DNA from: a virus
Strand: one strand, 5' to 3'
DNA length: 64,000 nucleotides
IMG/VR virus record: IMGVR_UViG_3300030328_002066
Location: 5,510-69,509 of that record
Positions 1-8,115 of the stretch are shown here, one piece after another. Numbering within the stretch: position 1 is the stretch's first letter; each line of letters opens with the position of its first letter. The translations under genes were made by a program, and so were the position numbers. The notes below the pieces were generated by a model. The model saw only the letters and a program-made list of their open reading frames with translations. It was not told where the DNA came from and did not search any database.

Positions 1-2
1 AC

Positions 3-248
3 ATCGGTGGTAAATACTCCCAATGCGCTGACCTAGAATACTCTAAGCAGGTCTTTCGTGCGTATATGAAACGATACGCAACAAAGAAAAGGCTGGGTAG
101 AACACCTACCCCGGAAGATATGGCTCGGATTTGGAATGGTGGGCCTAACGGATTTAAGAAATCTGCTACCCTAAAGTATTGGAACAAAGTAGAATGTGCG
201 ATGAAGAACGCTACCCTGTCTCCTGTAAAGACTGTAATCAACCAATGA
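3..248 (+). CDS. Lysozyme-like (i-type/destabilase-like) protein, 5' truncated by window edge
   Basis: Frame is open from nt 3; C-terminal motif ARIWNGGPNG-x-KK-x-ATL-x-YW-x-KV resembles destabilase/i-type lysozyme family. Confidence 0.65.
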   Translation: MGGKYSQCADLEYSKQVFRAYMKRYATKKRLGRTPTPEDMARIWNGGPNGFKKSATLKYWNKVECAMKNATLSPVKTVINQ

Positions 249-300
249 TTGATGGAAAACGATGCGATGAATGCCAGGTTTTATTTGATGAGGAAAACAC

Positions 301-846
301 ATGAAAGTTTTAGTTGCTTGTGAATACAGTGGCAGAGTTCGAGATGCTTTTATAAGAGAAGGTCATTACGCTGTTTCTTGTGATCTATTAGAGACTGACG
401 TAGAGGGACCTCACTATAAAGGTGATGTAACAGATATCTTAGATGATAACTGGGATTTAATGATTGCTCATCCTCCTTGTACACATTTAGCTGTATCAGG
501 AGCACGTTGGTTTAAAGATAAACAACAAGAACAAAAAGAAGCTCTTGATTTTGTTAGGCTTCTCTTAGATGCGCCTATTAATAAGATTGCTTTAGAAAAT
601 CCTGTCTCTGTTATTTCTAGTAAGATCCGAAAACCGGATCAAATAATCCAGCCCTGGCAATTCGGTCATGGTGAAACTAAAGCTACTTGTCTCTGGCTTA
701 AGAATCTTCCTAAGCTAGAACCTACAGATATTGTAGATGGACGAGAAGCTCGTGTACATATGTTACCGCCTAGTAAAGATAGGTGGAAACTTCGTTCTAC
801 TACTTATGAAGGTATTGCCGACGCTATGGCAACTCAATGGGGATAA
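301..846 (+). CDS. Phage DNA cytosine methyltransferase-like protein
   Basis: VLVACEYSG (SAM-binding motif I-like), SCD, HPPCT (catalytic PC), ALENP (motif VI); AGGA RBS. Confidence 0.75.
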   Translation: MKVLVACEYSGRVRDAFIREGHYAVSCDLLETDVEGPHYKGDVTDILDDNWDLMIAHPPCTHLAVSGARWFKDKQQEQKEALDFVRLLLDAPINKIALENPVSVISSKIRKPDQIIQPWQFGHGETKATCLWLKNLPKLEPTDIVDGREARVHMLPPSKDRWKLRSTTYEGIADAMATQWG

Positions 847-847
847 A

Positions 848-1015
848 ATGGATATTGATTACACAGAACCGTTTGAAGGTGATGATTACTTTCCAATTGA
901 GGGGATTGATTACCCTGCTTATGACGAACACTCTTTAAATGAACATCTTAAATGGAAACCTATAAGGTTTAACCCTAACTTTTGGGATGCTAATGATGAA
1001 GATATCCCTTTCTAA
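848..1015 (+). CDS. Small acidic hypothetical protein ending in DEDIPF
   Basis: ATG at 848 just after the upstream stop; the track start at 737 overlaps the methyltransferase. Confidence 0.55.
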   Translation: MDIDYTEPFEGDDYFPIEGIDYPAYDEHSLNEHLKWKPIRFNPNFWDANDEDIPF

Positions 1016-1379
1016 TCTTGTTGATCAAGCAAGAAAAATAGCAGAGACATCTAACCAAAGAAAAAAACATGTCTCCGTTATACTAAGAAATAACAAAATC
1101 CTTGCGGCAGAAGCTAATGGTTTTGAAGTACCTAGTTCTTATGCTTACAGAGGATACCGTAGTCTTCATAGCGAAATCCACGCTTTTATGAAAGTAAAAC
1201 AAAGACAGGACTTAGTGCTATATAATTTTAGATTTAACAATCAAGGAAATCTAAGAATAGCAAAACCATGTAAACTTTGTTTGCCCTGGTGTGAGACTAT
1301 CTTTAAAGATATTTATTATTCAACAGATGAAGGCACTGTTGTAAAACTTATTAAGGAAATTTCTAATGTATCATCCTAG
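987..1379 (+). CDS. Zn-dependent cytidine/dCMP deaminase-family protein
   Basis: HSE and PCKLC zinc motifs; start may be 993 or 996. Confidence 0.75.
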   Translation: MLMMKISLSNLVDQARKIAETSNQRKKHVSVILRNNKILAAEANGFEVPSSYAYRGYRSLHSEIHAFMKVKQRQDLVLYNFRFNNQGNLRIAKPCKLCLPWCETIFKDIYYSTDEGTVVKLIKEISNVSS

Positions 1380-1593
1380 TGTTTATGAGATTATTAAAAA
1401 AGAATACGATGTAAGGCTTGATGACGGGACTGTCCTTAATATAACTGCAGACGAGCATGACTTCGGTGTCTTTAAGTTGACCGATACATCAAGTGTGTGG
1501 GAAGAAGTCCCAGCACATTCTTATTTGGAATATTTGGCAAACGTTATCTTTAAGGATATCGAAAGAGGAGAGTACAATGGAACAACTTCTTGA
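1366..1593 (+). CDS. Hypothetical protein
   Basis: AAGGA RBS, tight packing with neighbours. Confidence 0.6.
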   Translation: MYHPSVYEIIKKEYDVRLDDGTVLNITADEHDFGVFKLTDTSSVWEEVPAHSYLEYLANVIFKDIERGEYNGTTS

Positions 1594-1810
1594 TAGAGTT
1601 GACCGCATAACGATTTGGGATGGAATTATTCACGCTAATACTTGGAGTTGTGGGTGTTGTTCTGATACTCTTTCAAGTCATGAAGATGAATATGGATATT
1701 CTGAAGAAATAAACACTCAGTTAGTTTCTGATTATATTACGAGAGAACTAAAACGTTTGTCAAAGCTGCTAGATCAGCTGAAAGAGCTAGAAGATAATGT
1801 ACATGGCTGA
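1577..1810 (+). CDS. Hypothetical protein
   Basis: GAGGAG RBS before ATG 1577; SCGCCS motif. Confidence 0.6.
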   Translation: MEQLLDRVDRITIWDGIIHANTWSCGCCSDTLSSHEDEYGYSEEINTQLVSDYITRELKRLSKLLDQLKELEDNVHG

Positions 1811-2009
1811 TAACAATAAGTCGGACGGGTTTTATGTAAATAACTCTACTGTTTTTATTAAGAAATCTCATGTTCCCTATCCTATGGGAAGCTTGAAACT
1901 TCGATATGAAATAGATCAACACAAGAACCGTCTTGCAGATGAACTTACCGCCTGGATTCAGCTAGGTAAGGAAAACGAAAGGGCTATTAATGATTCTGAG
2001 AGAGACTGA
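1803..2009 (+). CDS. Hypothetical protein
   Basis: Fills the gap between coupled ORFs; start 1797 or 1803. Confidence 0.5.
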   Translation: MADNNKSDGFYVNNSTVFIKKSHVPYPMGSLKLRYEIDQHKNRLADELTAWIQLGKENERAINDSERD

Positions 2010-2673
2010 CGGAAGATTTATCCAAGAATATGAGCCTGTTACTTTCATTGATAAAATGGGAGACGACTATGCTGTATGCAATGCCGCTCGTGTTTCATTC
2101 GATAAGGAAGCGGGGTCTTATACCCCAGAAGCTAACCAAAAGCTTCTTCATTACTTGGCAAATCATGATCATTGGTCCCCTTTTGCCCACGTACATTTCA
2201 AGTTTAAATTCCGAGCCCCTATCTTTATTGCTAGGCAGTTTGTCAAGCACCAAGTAGGATTTGCTTGGAACGAAGTAAGTCGCCGCTATGTATCTGAAGA
2301 TCCTATGTTCTGGATACCAGACGCTTGGAGAAAAAGACCTTCTAATATTAAGCAAGGTTCTACTGAAGAAAACGCGGTTGAAGTTAAAGAAGATTTACTA
2401 ACCGAATACGTAAATCAAATGTACGAACACGCACAAGATTATCGTCTTATGATTAAACAAGGGGTTTGTCCTGAACAAGTCCGAGCTATCATGCCCCAGG
2501 CTATGATGACTGAGTGGATTTGGACGGGATCTCTTCAAGCATGGTGGCGTTTCTTTGAACTAAGAAGCGACAAACATGCTCAAGCTGAGTGTTGGCCCTA
2601 TGCCGATGCTGTTCAAACAGAAATTCTTAAACACTTTCCTATGTCTTGGAAAGCATTACAAGGAACTGACTAA
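1990..2673 (+). CDS. thyX: FAD-dependent thymidylate synthase ThyX
   Basis: NAARVSF, HWSPF, ARQFVKHQVG...WNEVSRRYV, PEQVR, LR-x-DKHAQ-x-E. Confidence 0.95.
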   Translation: MILRETDGRFIQEYEPVTFIDKMGDDYAVCNAARVSFDKEAGSYTPEANQKLLHYLANHDHWSPFAHVHFKFKFRAPIFIARQFVKHQVGFAWNEVSRRYVSEDPMFWIPDAWRKRPSNIKQGSTEENAVEVKEDLLTEYVNQMYEHAQDYRLMIKQGVCPEQVRAIMPQAMMTEWIWTGSLQAWWRFFELRSDKHAQAECWPYADAVQTEILKHFPMSWKALQGTD

Positions 2674-3086
2674 TGCCTAACTGGTGCGAAAACAGAGTAA
2701 CTATTTCGTTTGATGTTATTGAAGATAAAAAGCTCTTCATTAACCGATGTCTTACAGAAGCTGAAGATGAACCCGGCACTTACTTTCTAGATTTTCATAA
2801 GATCCGACCTTTGGGTTTGGGCGAAGATGAGAACGGTGATCCTAAATGGGATTATAATGTAGCTGTAGATCTTTGGGGAACTAAGTGGGAAATCGGAGAC
2901 ACCGTAGTTGATCAAGTTTGGGTAGAAGATGACGAAGATCTCTGGCTCCAAATGTACTTTGAGACAGCTTGGTCTCCTCCAGAAGGAATCTACAACGAGC
3001 TTAATGCTATGTTTGATGATGCTCACATCTCTTGGTTTTATGACGAGCCTGGTATGGAATTTGCTGGGTATCTAAATAACGAATAA
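2673..3086 (+). CDS. DUF1281/YubB ferredoxin-like domain protein
   Basis: MPNWCEN start, WGTKW, FETAWSPP, YDEPGMEFAG. Confidence 0.8.
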   Translation: MPNWCENRVTISFDVIEDKKLFINRCLTEAEDEPGTYFLDFHKIRPLGLGEDENGDPKWDYNVAVDLWGTKWEIGDTVVDQVWVEDDEDLWLQMYFETAWSPPEGIYNELNAMFDDAHISWFYDEPGMEFAGYLNNE

Positions 3087-3092
3087 GGTTTG

Positions 3093-3165
<73 letters not shown>

Positions 3166-3168
3166 TTA

Positions 3169-3248
3169 GCACTGGCTAGCTGCGTTGGCGTGTAGCGGGT
3201 GACTTATAATCGCCGTCATTTCCGCAGGTTCGAATCCTGCCCGGTGCA
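3169..3248 (+). tRNA. tRNA-Ile(UAU), atypical D and variable arms
   Basis: Acceptor GCACTGG/CCGGTGC, anticodon stem GGTGA/TCGCC with loop CTTATAA, T arm GCAGG-TTCGAAT-CCTGC. Confidence 0.8.
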
Positions 3249-3250
3249 TT

Positions 3251-3301
3251 TAGGTTATTGGCAAGGATTCAATCGCGAGTAAGCGCCTTGTCAATAATCT
3301 A
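3251..3301 (+). other. 16-bp RNA hairpin between tRNA genes
   Basis: TAGGTTATTGGCAAGG pairs with CCTTGTCAATAATCTA (two G-U pairs), 19-nt loop. Confidence 0.7.
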
Positions 3302-3303
3302 TA

Positions 3304-3377
3304 GGGCCGATAGCTTAGCGGTCCAAAGCTGTCGACTCATAATCGATAGATCGTCGGTTCGAATCCGACTCGGCCCA
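3304..3377 (+). tRNA. tRNA with CAU anticodon, probably Ile2 (lysidine type) rather than Met
   Basis: Acceptor GGGCCGA/TCGGCCC, anticodon arm GTCGA-CTCATAA-TCGAT resembling ileX; paired 1-72 and no GGG/CCC anticodon stem, so not an initiator. Confidence 0.88.
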
Positions 3378-3389
3378 TTGGAGAATACT

Positions 3390-3530
3390 ATGTCAAAGTT
3401 TTGGGAAGACTTGGCTAAGTACGTTGTAGAAAAACTTGAAAAACAAGAAACATCTAATACAAACGTAACTTTAATAGATAAACTTAAATCTTTTATCAAC
3501 AAGGATAATGATAATGAGAGACAAACCTAA
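3390..3530 (+). CDS. Hypothetical protein
   Basis: GGAG RBS before ATG 3390; the longer track ORF overlaps a tRNA. Confidence 0.5.
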   Translation: MSKFWEDLAKYVVEKLEKQETSNTNVTLIDKLKSFINKDNDNERQT

Positions 3531-3705
3531 TTGGGAATCTATGTGTCGTGCTCTTTGGTGGTGCATTGAACTCGGTGCAGGAGATGACATCGATGAACTT
3601 ATGAGGTATATTGAAAAATTTATTCGTCATGGTGATGCTGAAGTAGATCATTACGAACAAATTAGGTACGAAGAAGATAAGGAACTAAATAATGGCGAAG
3701 AATAG
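3508..3705 (+). CDS. Hypothetical protein
   Basis: AAGGA RBS, operon packing. Confidence 0.6.
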   Translation: MIMRDKPNWESMCRALWWCIELGAGDDIDELMRYIEKFIRHGDAEVDHYEQIRYEEDKELNNGEE

Positions 3706-3829
3706 TTACCAGCTTTCACTAAGCGTAAGAAACTGGACTAAAGTAGGCAAGCCCCGCCGATCAAAGAAAGGTAAGGGAAATGCTCCCTCACGTACTTCTC
3801 GTTCGGGTAACGGAAAAAGGATTCGATAA
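3692..3829 (+). CDS. Small basic hypothetical protein (45 aa, MAKNSYQLSL...GKRIR)
   Basis: Below track cutoff; AAGGA RBS; stop overlaps next start (TAATG). Confidence 0.6.
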   Translation: MAKNSYQLSLSVRNWTKVGKPRRSKKGKGNAPSRTSRSGNGKRIR

Positions 3830-4080
3830 TGAGCGTTTTTAGAGAGATTGAACACGAAGTAGAATGTTGGATAGCAGAATCTGGTCCTAGTTATTACGGA
3901 GCTGATAATAAAACTGAAGCGTGGGAAGATGAAATTGATAACTTTGTAAACGAAGTTGCAAGCGAAATTTACGAAGATCTTGATGCTATGATTGACGATT
4001 GGTGTGAAAGACATCTTCGGGATCGTGTTAATACTTGGATAGATACCTTGCCTGAAAACGAGGAAGAAGATGAAACTTAA
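3829..4080 (+). CDS. Acidic hypothetical protein
   Basis: Translationally coupled ORF, very Asp/Glu-rich. Confidence 0.6.
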   Translation: MSVFREIEHEVECWIAESGPSYYGADNKTEAWEDEIDNFVNEVASEIYEDLDAMIDDWCERHLRDRVNTWIDTLPENEEEDET

Positions 4081-4663
4081 TAAGATACCTGTCTTTATTG
4101 TTTTATTTATAACATCTTGTTTGCTAGCCGATCAACTATGCGCTCCTCCTTTGCCTTTCTTTGAAGTAAACAGAGAAAGTCTAGGTAACGGGTGGGTTCA
4201 TACTACTGGTGAAGTGGTAAGAGAAACAAGAAAAGTTGAAGTAAATTACATTGATAATAGAGAAGATCCAGGGTTGTTGTTTGACTCGCAGGGTTATGTA
4301 ATTCTCACTAATCTTAGTGACTCTCGCTTTAGGCGAATCAAATACCGACATACTGTAGACTTACCAAAAGGTTCTTATATTGTACACCAAGAAAGAGATT
4401 GGTATCAAGTATGCGCTGAAGACGGAGAAGTAATTTTCTTTGTATCTAATCGCGTAGGCTCGTGGCCTATAACACACCACTGGGCTTATAGCGTAGAGAT
4501 TAGTCCTTACGGCGATCTAAACGGAGATGGCTGTGTAGACGGATCTGATCTTGGTCTTGTTATGTCAGCGTGGGGTACAGACCTAGCTGACTTTAATAAT
4601 GATGGAATTACTAACGGTTTAGACGTTGGTATCTTTTTTGAAAACTGGACAGGAAATTGTTAA
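4070..4663 (+). CDS. Secreted protein with C-terminal dockerin/EF-hand-like double repeat
   Basis: N-terminal hydrophobic signal; GDLNGDGCVDGSDLGLVMSAWG and DFNNDGITNGLDVGIFFENW. Confidence 0.8.
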   Translation: MKLNKIPVFIVLFITSCLLADQLCAPPLPFFEVNRESLGNGWVHTTGEVVRETRKVEVNYIDNREDPGLLFDSQGYVILTNLSDSRFRRIKYRHTVDLPKGSYIVHQERDWYQVCAEDGEVIFFVSNRVGSWPITHHWAYSVEISPYGDLNGDGCVDGSDLGLVMSAWGTDLADFNNDGITNGLDVGIFFENWTGNC

Positions 4664-4896
4664 TGGCTAAGCAACTTTATGATATTATTATTGACGTATG
4701 TGAAACTACTTGGTCTACTGCTGAAGTCGTTGTTGAAGCTGAAAGCATGGAAGAAGCTATTGCTGAGTTTAAAGAAGATCCTTGGAACCACGACTGGAGT
4801 AATTGGTCAATTCACGACAGCGAAGTTCAAGACTGGAGTGTTGATGAAGACGAAACCAAAAGAAGTAATCTTTGCCATCTTGACGAGGACGAATGA
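4663..4896 (+). CDS. Acidic hypothetical protein
   Basis: TAATG coupling; VEAESMEEA pattern common in small phage early proteins. Confidence 0.6.
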   Translation: MAKQLYDIIIDVCETTWSTAEVVVEAESMEEAIAEFKEDPWNHDWSNWSIHDSEVQDWSVDEDETKRSNLCHLDEDE

Positions 4897-4999
4897 AACT
4901 AAGAAGGTTATCGCTTTGGATTAAACGATGTAAGAAAAATCCTTACTATATCCTTGAAGTATTCGCAAGATATGATGATTGGAACAGACCCCGGCCTTT

Positions 5000-5073
5000 G
5001 CCCTGATAGCTCAGCTGGATAGAGCAACGGTCTTCTAAACCGTAGGTCGCAGGTTCGAGTCCTGCTCGGGGTG
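5000..5073 (+). tRNA. tRNA-Arg(UCU)
   Basis: Acceptor GCCCTGA/TCGGGGT, D loop AGCTGGATA, anticodon arm ACGGT-CTTCTAA-ACCGT, T loop TTCGAGT. Confidence 0.93.
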
Positions 5074-5078
5074 CTTTT

Positions 5079-5164
5079 GGCTCTGTGGCGGAATTGGCAT
5101 ACGCATTAGACTTAAAATCTAACGCCCTTTAACGGGCTTGGGGGTTCGAGTCCCCCCGGAGCTA
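5079..5164 (+). tRNA. tRNA-Leu(UAA)
   Basis: Acceptor GGCTCTG/CGGAGCT, anticodon arm TTAGA-CTTAAAA-TCTAA, long variable arm GCCC/GGGC. Confidence 0.93.
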
Positions 5165-5167
5165 TTA

Positions 5168-5719
5168 ATGAACAAAGAAAAAATATATAATATCATAGCT
5201 GAGTTTATACCTAAAGCTAAACACCTGGCTCGTTTTACTCCCGATTGGACAGACGAAGATAGGGTTACTATTCTTTGGGTATGGGCTGTAGAAAACTATG
5301 ATCGCTATGACTCAACTAAAGGTAATCTAACACAGTGGCTTAAAGGCTGCTCTCGACGTATTATTGATGTATATCGAAAGGAAAAAGGATCTATGCGTGA
5401 ACAGAGTTATCCAGAAATTTATGATGACAATGGAGAACTAATTGATTTTGCACAGACAATCCCAGACTACCATAATATACATCCTCGCTATGACGAAAGA
5501 GTATGGGCTCTAGTTCAAGAAGCTCTTGAAAACCTGCCTCCGGACAGTCGATGGATTCTTGAGGCTGTAGCTAAAAGAGATAGTTATAAAGAATCTAAAG
5601 GAGCTGAAGATGCTTTAGCTTTTTCTTTAGGTATAACTAAAAATGTAATGAGACACCGTCGAATGCGGGCTAAAGAGTTTATACGTGAATACGTAGAAAG
5701 ATTTAAAAATGGATCTTAA
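5168..5719 (+). CDS. Sigma-70 family (ECF/group 3-like) RNA polymerase sigma factor
   Basis: Region 2-like YDRYDSTKGNLTQWL...IIDVYRKE; region 4-like ALENLPPDSRWILE...LAFSLGIT...RRMRAKEFIRE; the track start lies inside tRNA-Leu. Confidence 0.75.
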   Translation: MNKEKIYNIIAEFIPKAKHLARFTPDWTDEDRVTILWVWAVENYDRYDSTKGNLTQWLKGCSRRIIDVYRKEKGSMREQSYPEIYDDNGELIDFAQTIPDYHNIHPRYDERVWALVQEALENLPPDSRWILEAVAKRDSYKESKGAEDALAFSLGITKNVMRHRRMRAKEFIREYVERFKNGS

Positions 5720-6218
5720 ATATTTAAACAAAATGCATAAGAAACTTGCTAAGAGAGGCAATGCAAGTTCTCAAATCGTAGCCTCAATGGCTTTCTTAGG
5801 TAAGCCTATGTATGAATCCTTTGCATCTGGTTTGCTTAGCATGGGAAATATTCATGCTCCTATTGAAAAAACTTGTAGACTATTTAACAACCCTAAGTGG
5901 CAAGAAGTCATTGATGACTTAGCTATTAGGGGTAAAAGAGTCCCTGGTTTTGGTTCGGCCTTTTGTAAACAAGAAGATCCTATTATTGAAGAAGCTTTGG
6001 GACACCTTCCTAGCGCTATTATTCAAAGAGTAGAGAAAATTACAGAAGCTGTTCAAGTCACTTTTAATCCTAACCTACACCCAAACGCAGCAATGGCAAC
6101 AGCAGCCTATGCGTATGCTAATGATATTCCTCCTACCGAAGCTCAATTTCTGGTATTGCAAGGAAGATTGGGAGTATGGAAAGAAATCTATATAGCTAAC
6201 AGAAAGGATGTACTATGA
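5709..6218 (+). CDS. Compact citrate-synthase-fold protein with degenerate active site
   Basis: Colinear motifs H...GNASS, GNIHAPIE, RVPGFGS...EDP, HPNAA, GRLGVW. Confidence 0.7.
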   Translation: MDLKYLNKMHKKLAKRGNASSQIVASMAFLGKPMYESFASGLLSMGNIHAPIEKTCRLFNNPKWQEVIDDLAIRGKRVPGFGSAFCKQEDPIIEEALGHLPSAIIQRVEKITEAVQVTFNPNLHPNAAMATAAYAYANDIPPTEAQFLVLQGRLGVWKEIYIANRKDVL

Positions 6219-6670
6219 AACTTCACGATGCTTTTATGTCATCTAATGCATACTATGAATTATTTAGTAACACTTATGAATATAAGTGGAGCCCTGACAA
6301 GACACTTAGGATTACTGTCAATGAAAATGACGCTGATCTTAATATTAGTTATCATGACCACGCCGATGGAGATATCCAATATCTCGATGAAACAGACGCT
6401 GACTTTTGGATAGGCGCTGTTCTATATTGGTATGATGCTATGGAACTTAGCGGATTTCATAAGATTCAAATTGACGCTATTGCTCGATTGGCTAAGTGGC
6501 TAAAGTTTGTCCCTCATGAAGAGCTTATTAAAAAATATGCGGTTCCTAATAAAGCTGAGGTTTTGACTTATGACGAACAAATTAATGCCCTGGCTAAGGA
6601 TGAATATGATTTTGCAGTTCGTCTAAAGTCTCATAGAGATTCTTTTAAAAACGCTGAAGGGGCTGACTAA
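6215..6670 (+). CDS. Hypothetical protein
   Basis: ATGA coupling, AAGGA RBS. Confidence 0.65.
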   Translation: MKLHDAFMSSNAYYELFSNTYEYKWSPDKTLRITVNENDADLNISYHDHADGDIQYLDETDADFWIGAVLYWYDAMELSGFHKIQIDAIARLAKWLKFVPHEELIKKYAVPNKAEVLTYDEQINALAKDEYDFAVRLKSHRDSFKNAEGAD

Positions 6671-6671
6671 G

Positions 6672-6851
6672 TTGGCAAAGGAAAAGAAATATGGAATCTG
6701 GTGAAAGGCCGAAAAGACAAACGAAATTTCAACATGGGTCCTCGATGAATTACATGAAGTGGCTCTGTACAAAACAGAAGCCGCCGCAAGAAAAGAAATC
6801 AAACATTTCGTTCATCAAAAAAGATATGAAGTACGGCCCTATCGAAGATAG
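6672..6851 (+). pseudogene. Small gene interrupted by in-frame TGA (6702-6704)
   Basis: GAAGGGG RBS plus TTG; reads MAKEKKYGIW*KAEKTNEISTWVLDELHEVALYKTEAAARKEIKHFVHQKRYEVRPYRR. Confidence 0.35.
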
Positions 6852-6896
6852 AGACTATGAAGATGACGTAGATCCTAACGCTTATGGAGACTGGTA

Positions 6897-7127
6897 ATGC
6901 AAGAAAGTAATTGGGATGCCTATCGTCGTAGAGAAGCTCTTGCCCAATCTGGTGGTAACTACCGGGCTTGGGAAGGTGGCAAAGGCGATATGGATCGGTC
7001 TAGTCACACCACTCCCTTTAAACTTGGGATGGACCTAATAGAAATCGCAGAGTCACATGGAAAAGACTCTAAAGAATACAAGAAATGCCTCGCCGCATGG
7101 CGTAAGGCTGTCCGTGAAAGTCACTGA
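6897..7127 (+). CDS. Hypothetical protein (GKGD motif)
   Basis: GGAG RBS; GGKGDMDR motif. Confidence 0.6.
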   Translation: MQESNWDAYRRREALAQSGGNYRAWEGGKGDMDRSSHTTPFKLGMDLIEIAESHGKDSKEYKKCLAAWRKAVRESH

Positions 7128-7154
7128 TCTTTCACTATCACTAATGGAGAACAC

Positions 7155-8009
7155 ATGTTTACTGTAGAAAAAACTACACCAATTAATGGCCTCGCTCAAT
7201 CAACCCGTGAAATGATTGTTGACCCTAAGCGATGCATCACCTATCGTACCGATACAGGTGAACCTCTTGGGGTCGTGAGTAACGATTATCAAGTCCTCCA
7301 GCCCTCTGAGGCTGAAGAGCTTGTTCGTATTGTAACTAATAACGAGGTTGAGACTCGTTGGAGTGGTACTAAGATGATGTACCAGGCTAAAATCTCAGAT
7401 ATGGATCTTGGAAATGACCCCGTTAATTCCAACTTCCTCCTTGTAAACTCTTTTGATGGCTCATCTTCGGTAATGACGATGGGTAGTACTTTTAGACTTA
7501 ATTGTGCTAATCAACTATCAATGGCCTTTAGGGCGGCTAAGAAGACTCAATCATACTTCCGTATTACTCATAACGGAAACTTTGATGATAAGCTTCGAGA
7601 CCTTAGGCAGCACCTCGATGGTATTCGTATCCAGGAAAATAACTGGCGTAAGGCAGTATCTCCTCTTGTAAACAGAGATATCCGTGGAACAGACCTGGAT
7701 ACTTTGTGGAAGCAAGCAGCTCCTATTGCCTTGGAACTTACCGGAGATCTTCGCAATGCTGATAAGGAATCCCGCAAAATCGGGTCCTATATCGCTTATT
7801 GTAATCAGATCTTTGATATGGAAGTTAACAAGCTGGGATGCCGTCCAACCCTATGGACTGCTGCAAATGCAGTCACCCACTATGTTCAGCACAATCTCTC
7901 TAAGCGTGGTCGTAAGCCTGACATGGATCGACGATACGTCGACTGTGCCATCGGGCTTCGAGCCAGCAAGACCAACAAGGTCATGCAAACGGCTCTAGAG
8001 ATGGTCTGA
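7155..8009 (+). CDS. DUF932/DUF945-family protein
   Basis: RTDT-x-EPLGVVS-x-DYQVLQ, LLVNSFDGSSS, RLNCANQL, TLW-x-A-x-NAVT. Confidence 0.85.
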   Translation: MFTVEKTTPINGLAQSTREMIVDPKRCITYRTDTGEPLGVVSNDYQVLQPSEAEELVRIVTNNEVETRWSGTKMMYQAKISDMDLGNDPVNSNFLLVNSFDGSSSVMTMGSTFRLNCANQLSMAFRAAKKTQSYFRITHNGNFDDKLRDLRQHLDGIRIQENNWRKAVSPLVNRDIRGTDLDTLWKQAAPIALELTGDLRNADKESRKIGSYIAYCNQIFDMEVNKLGCRPTLWTAANAVTHYVQHNLSKRGRKPDMDRRYVDCAIGLRASKTNKVMQTALEMV

Positions 8010-8011
8010 TA

Positions 8012-8055
8012 ATAAGGGCTCTCTTCGTAACGAAAGTATCGTTGAGAGCCCTTAT
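8012..8055 (+). other. Long hairpin before the RNAP gene (RNase III-like processing site or terminator)
   Basis: ATAAGGGCTCTC/GAGAGCCCTTAT 12-bp stem plus inner AACGA/TCGTT stem; no good U tract. Confidence 0.65.
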
Positions 8056-8059
8056 ATTC

Positions 8060-8085
8060 GGGCGTTAACGCCTGAGTCTAAGAGA
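8060..8085 (+). promoter_or_regulatory. Putative phage RNAP promoter, copy 1
   Basis: GGGCGTTAACGCCTGAGTCTAAGAGA, identical to 21106-21131; intergenic, upstream of RNAP. Confidence 0.75.
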
Positions 8086-8115
8086 GACACACACCCTTTA
8101 ACTTTAAGGAGAGCT

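Noticed and set aside
3258-3389. N-terminal part of track ORF 3258-3530 (likewise 5138-5167)
   Set aside because: They overlap tRNA genes; better starts exist at 3390 and 5168
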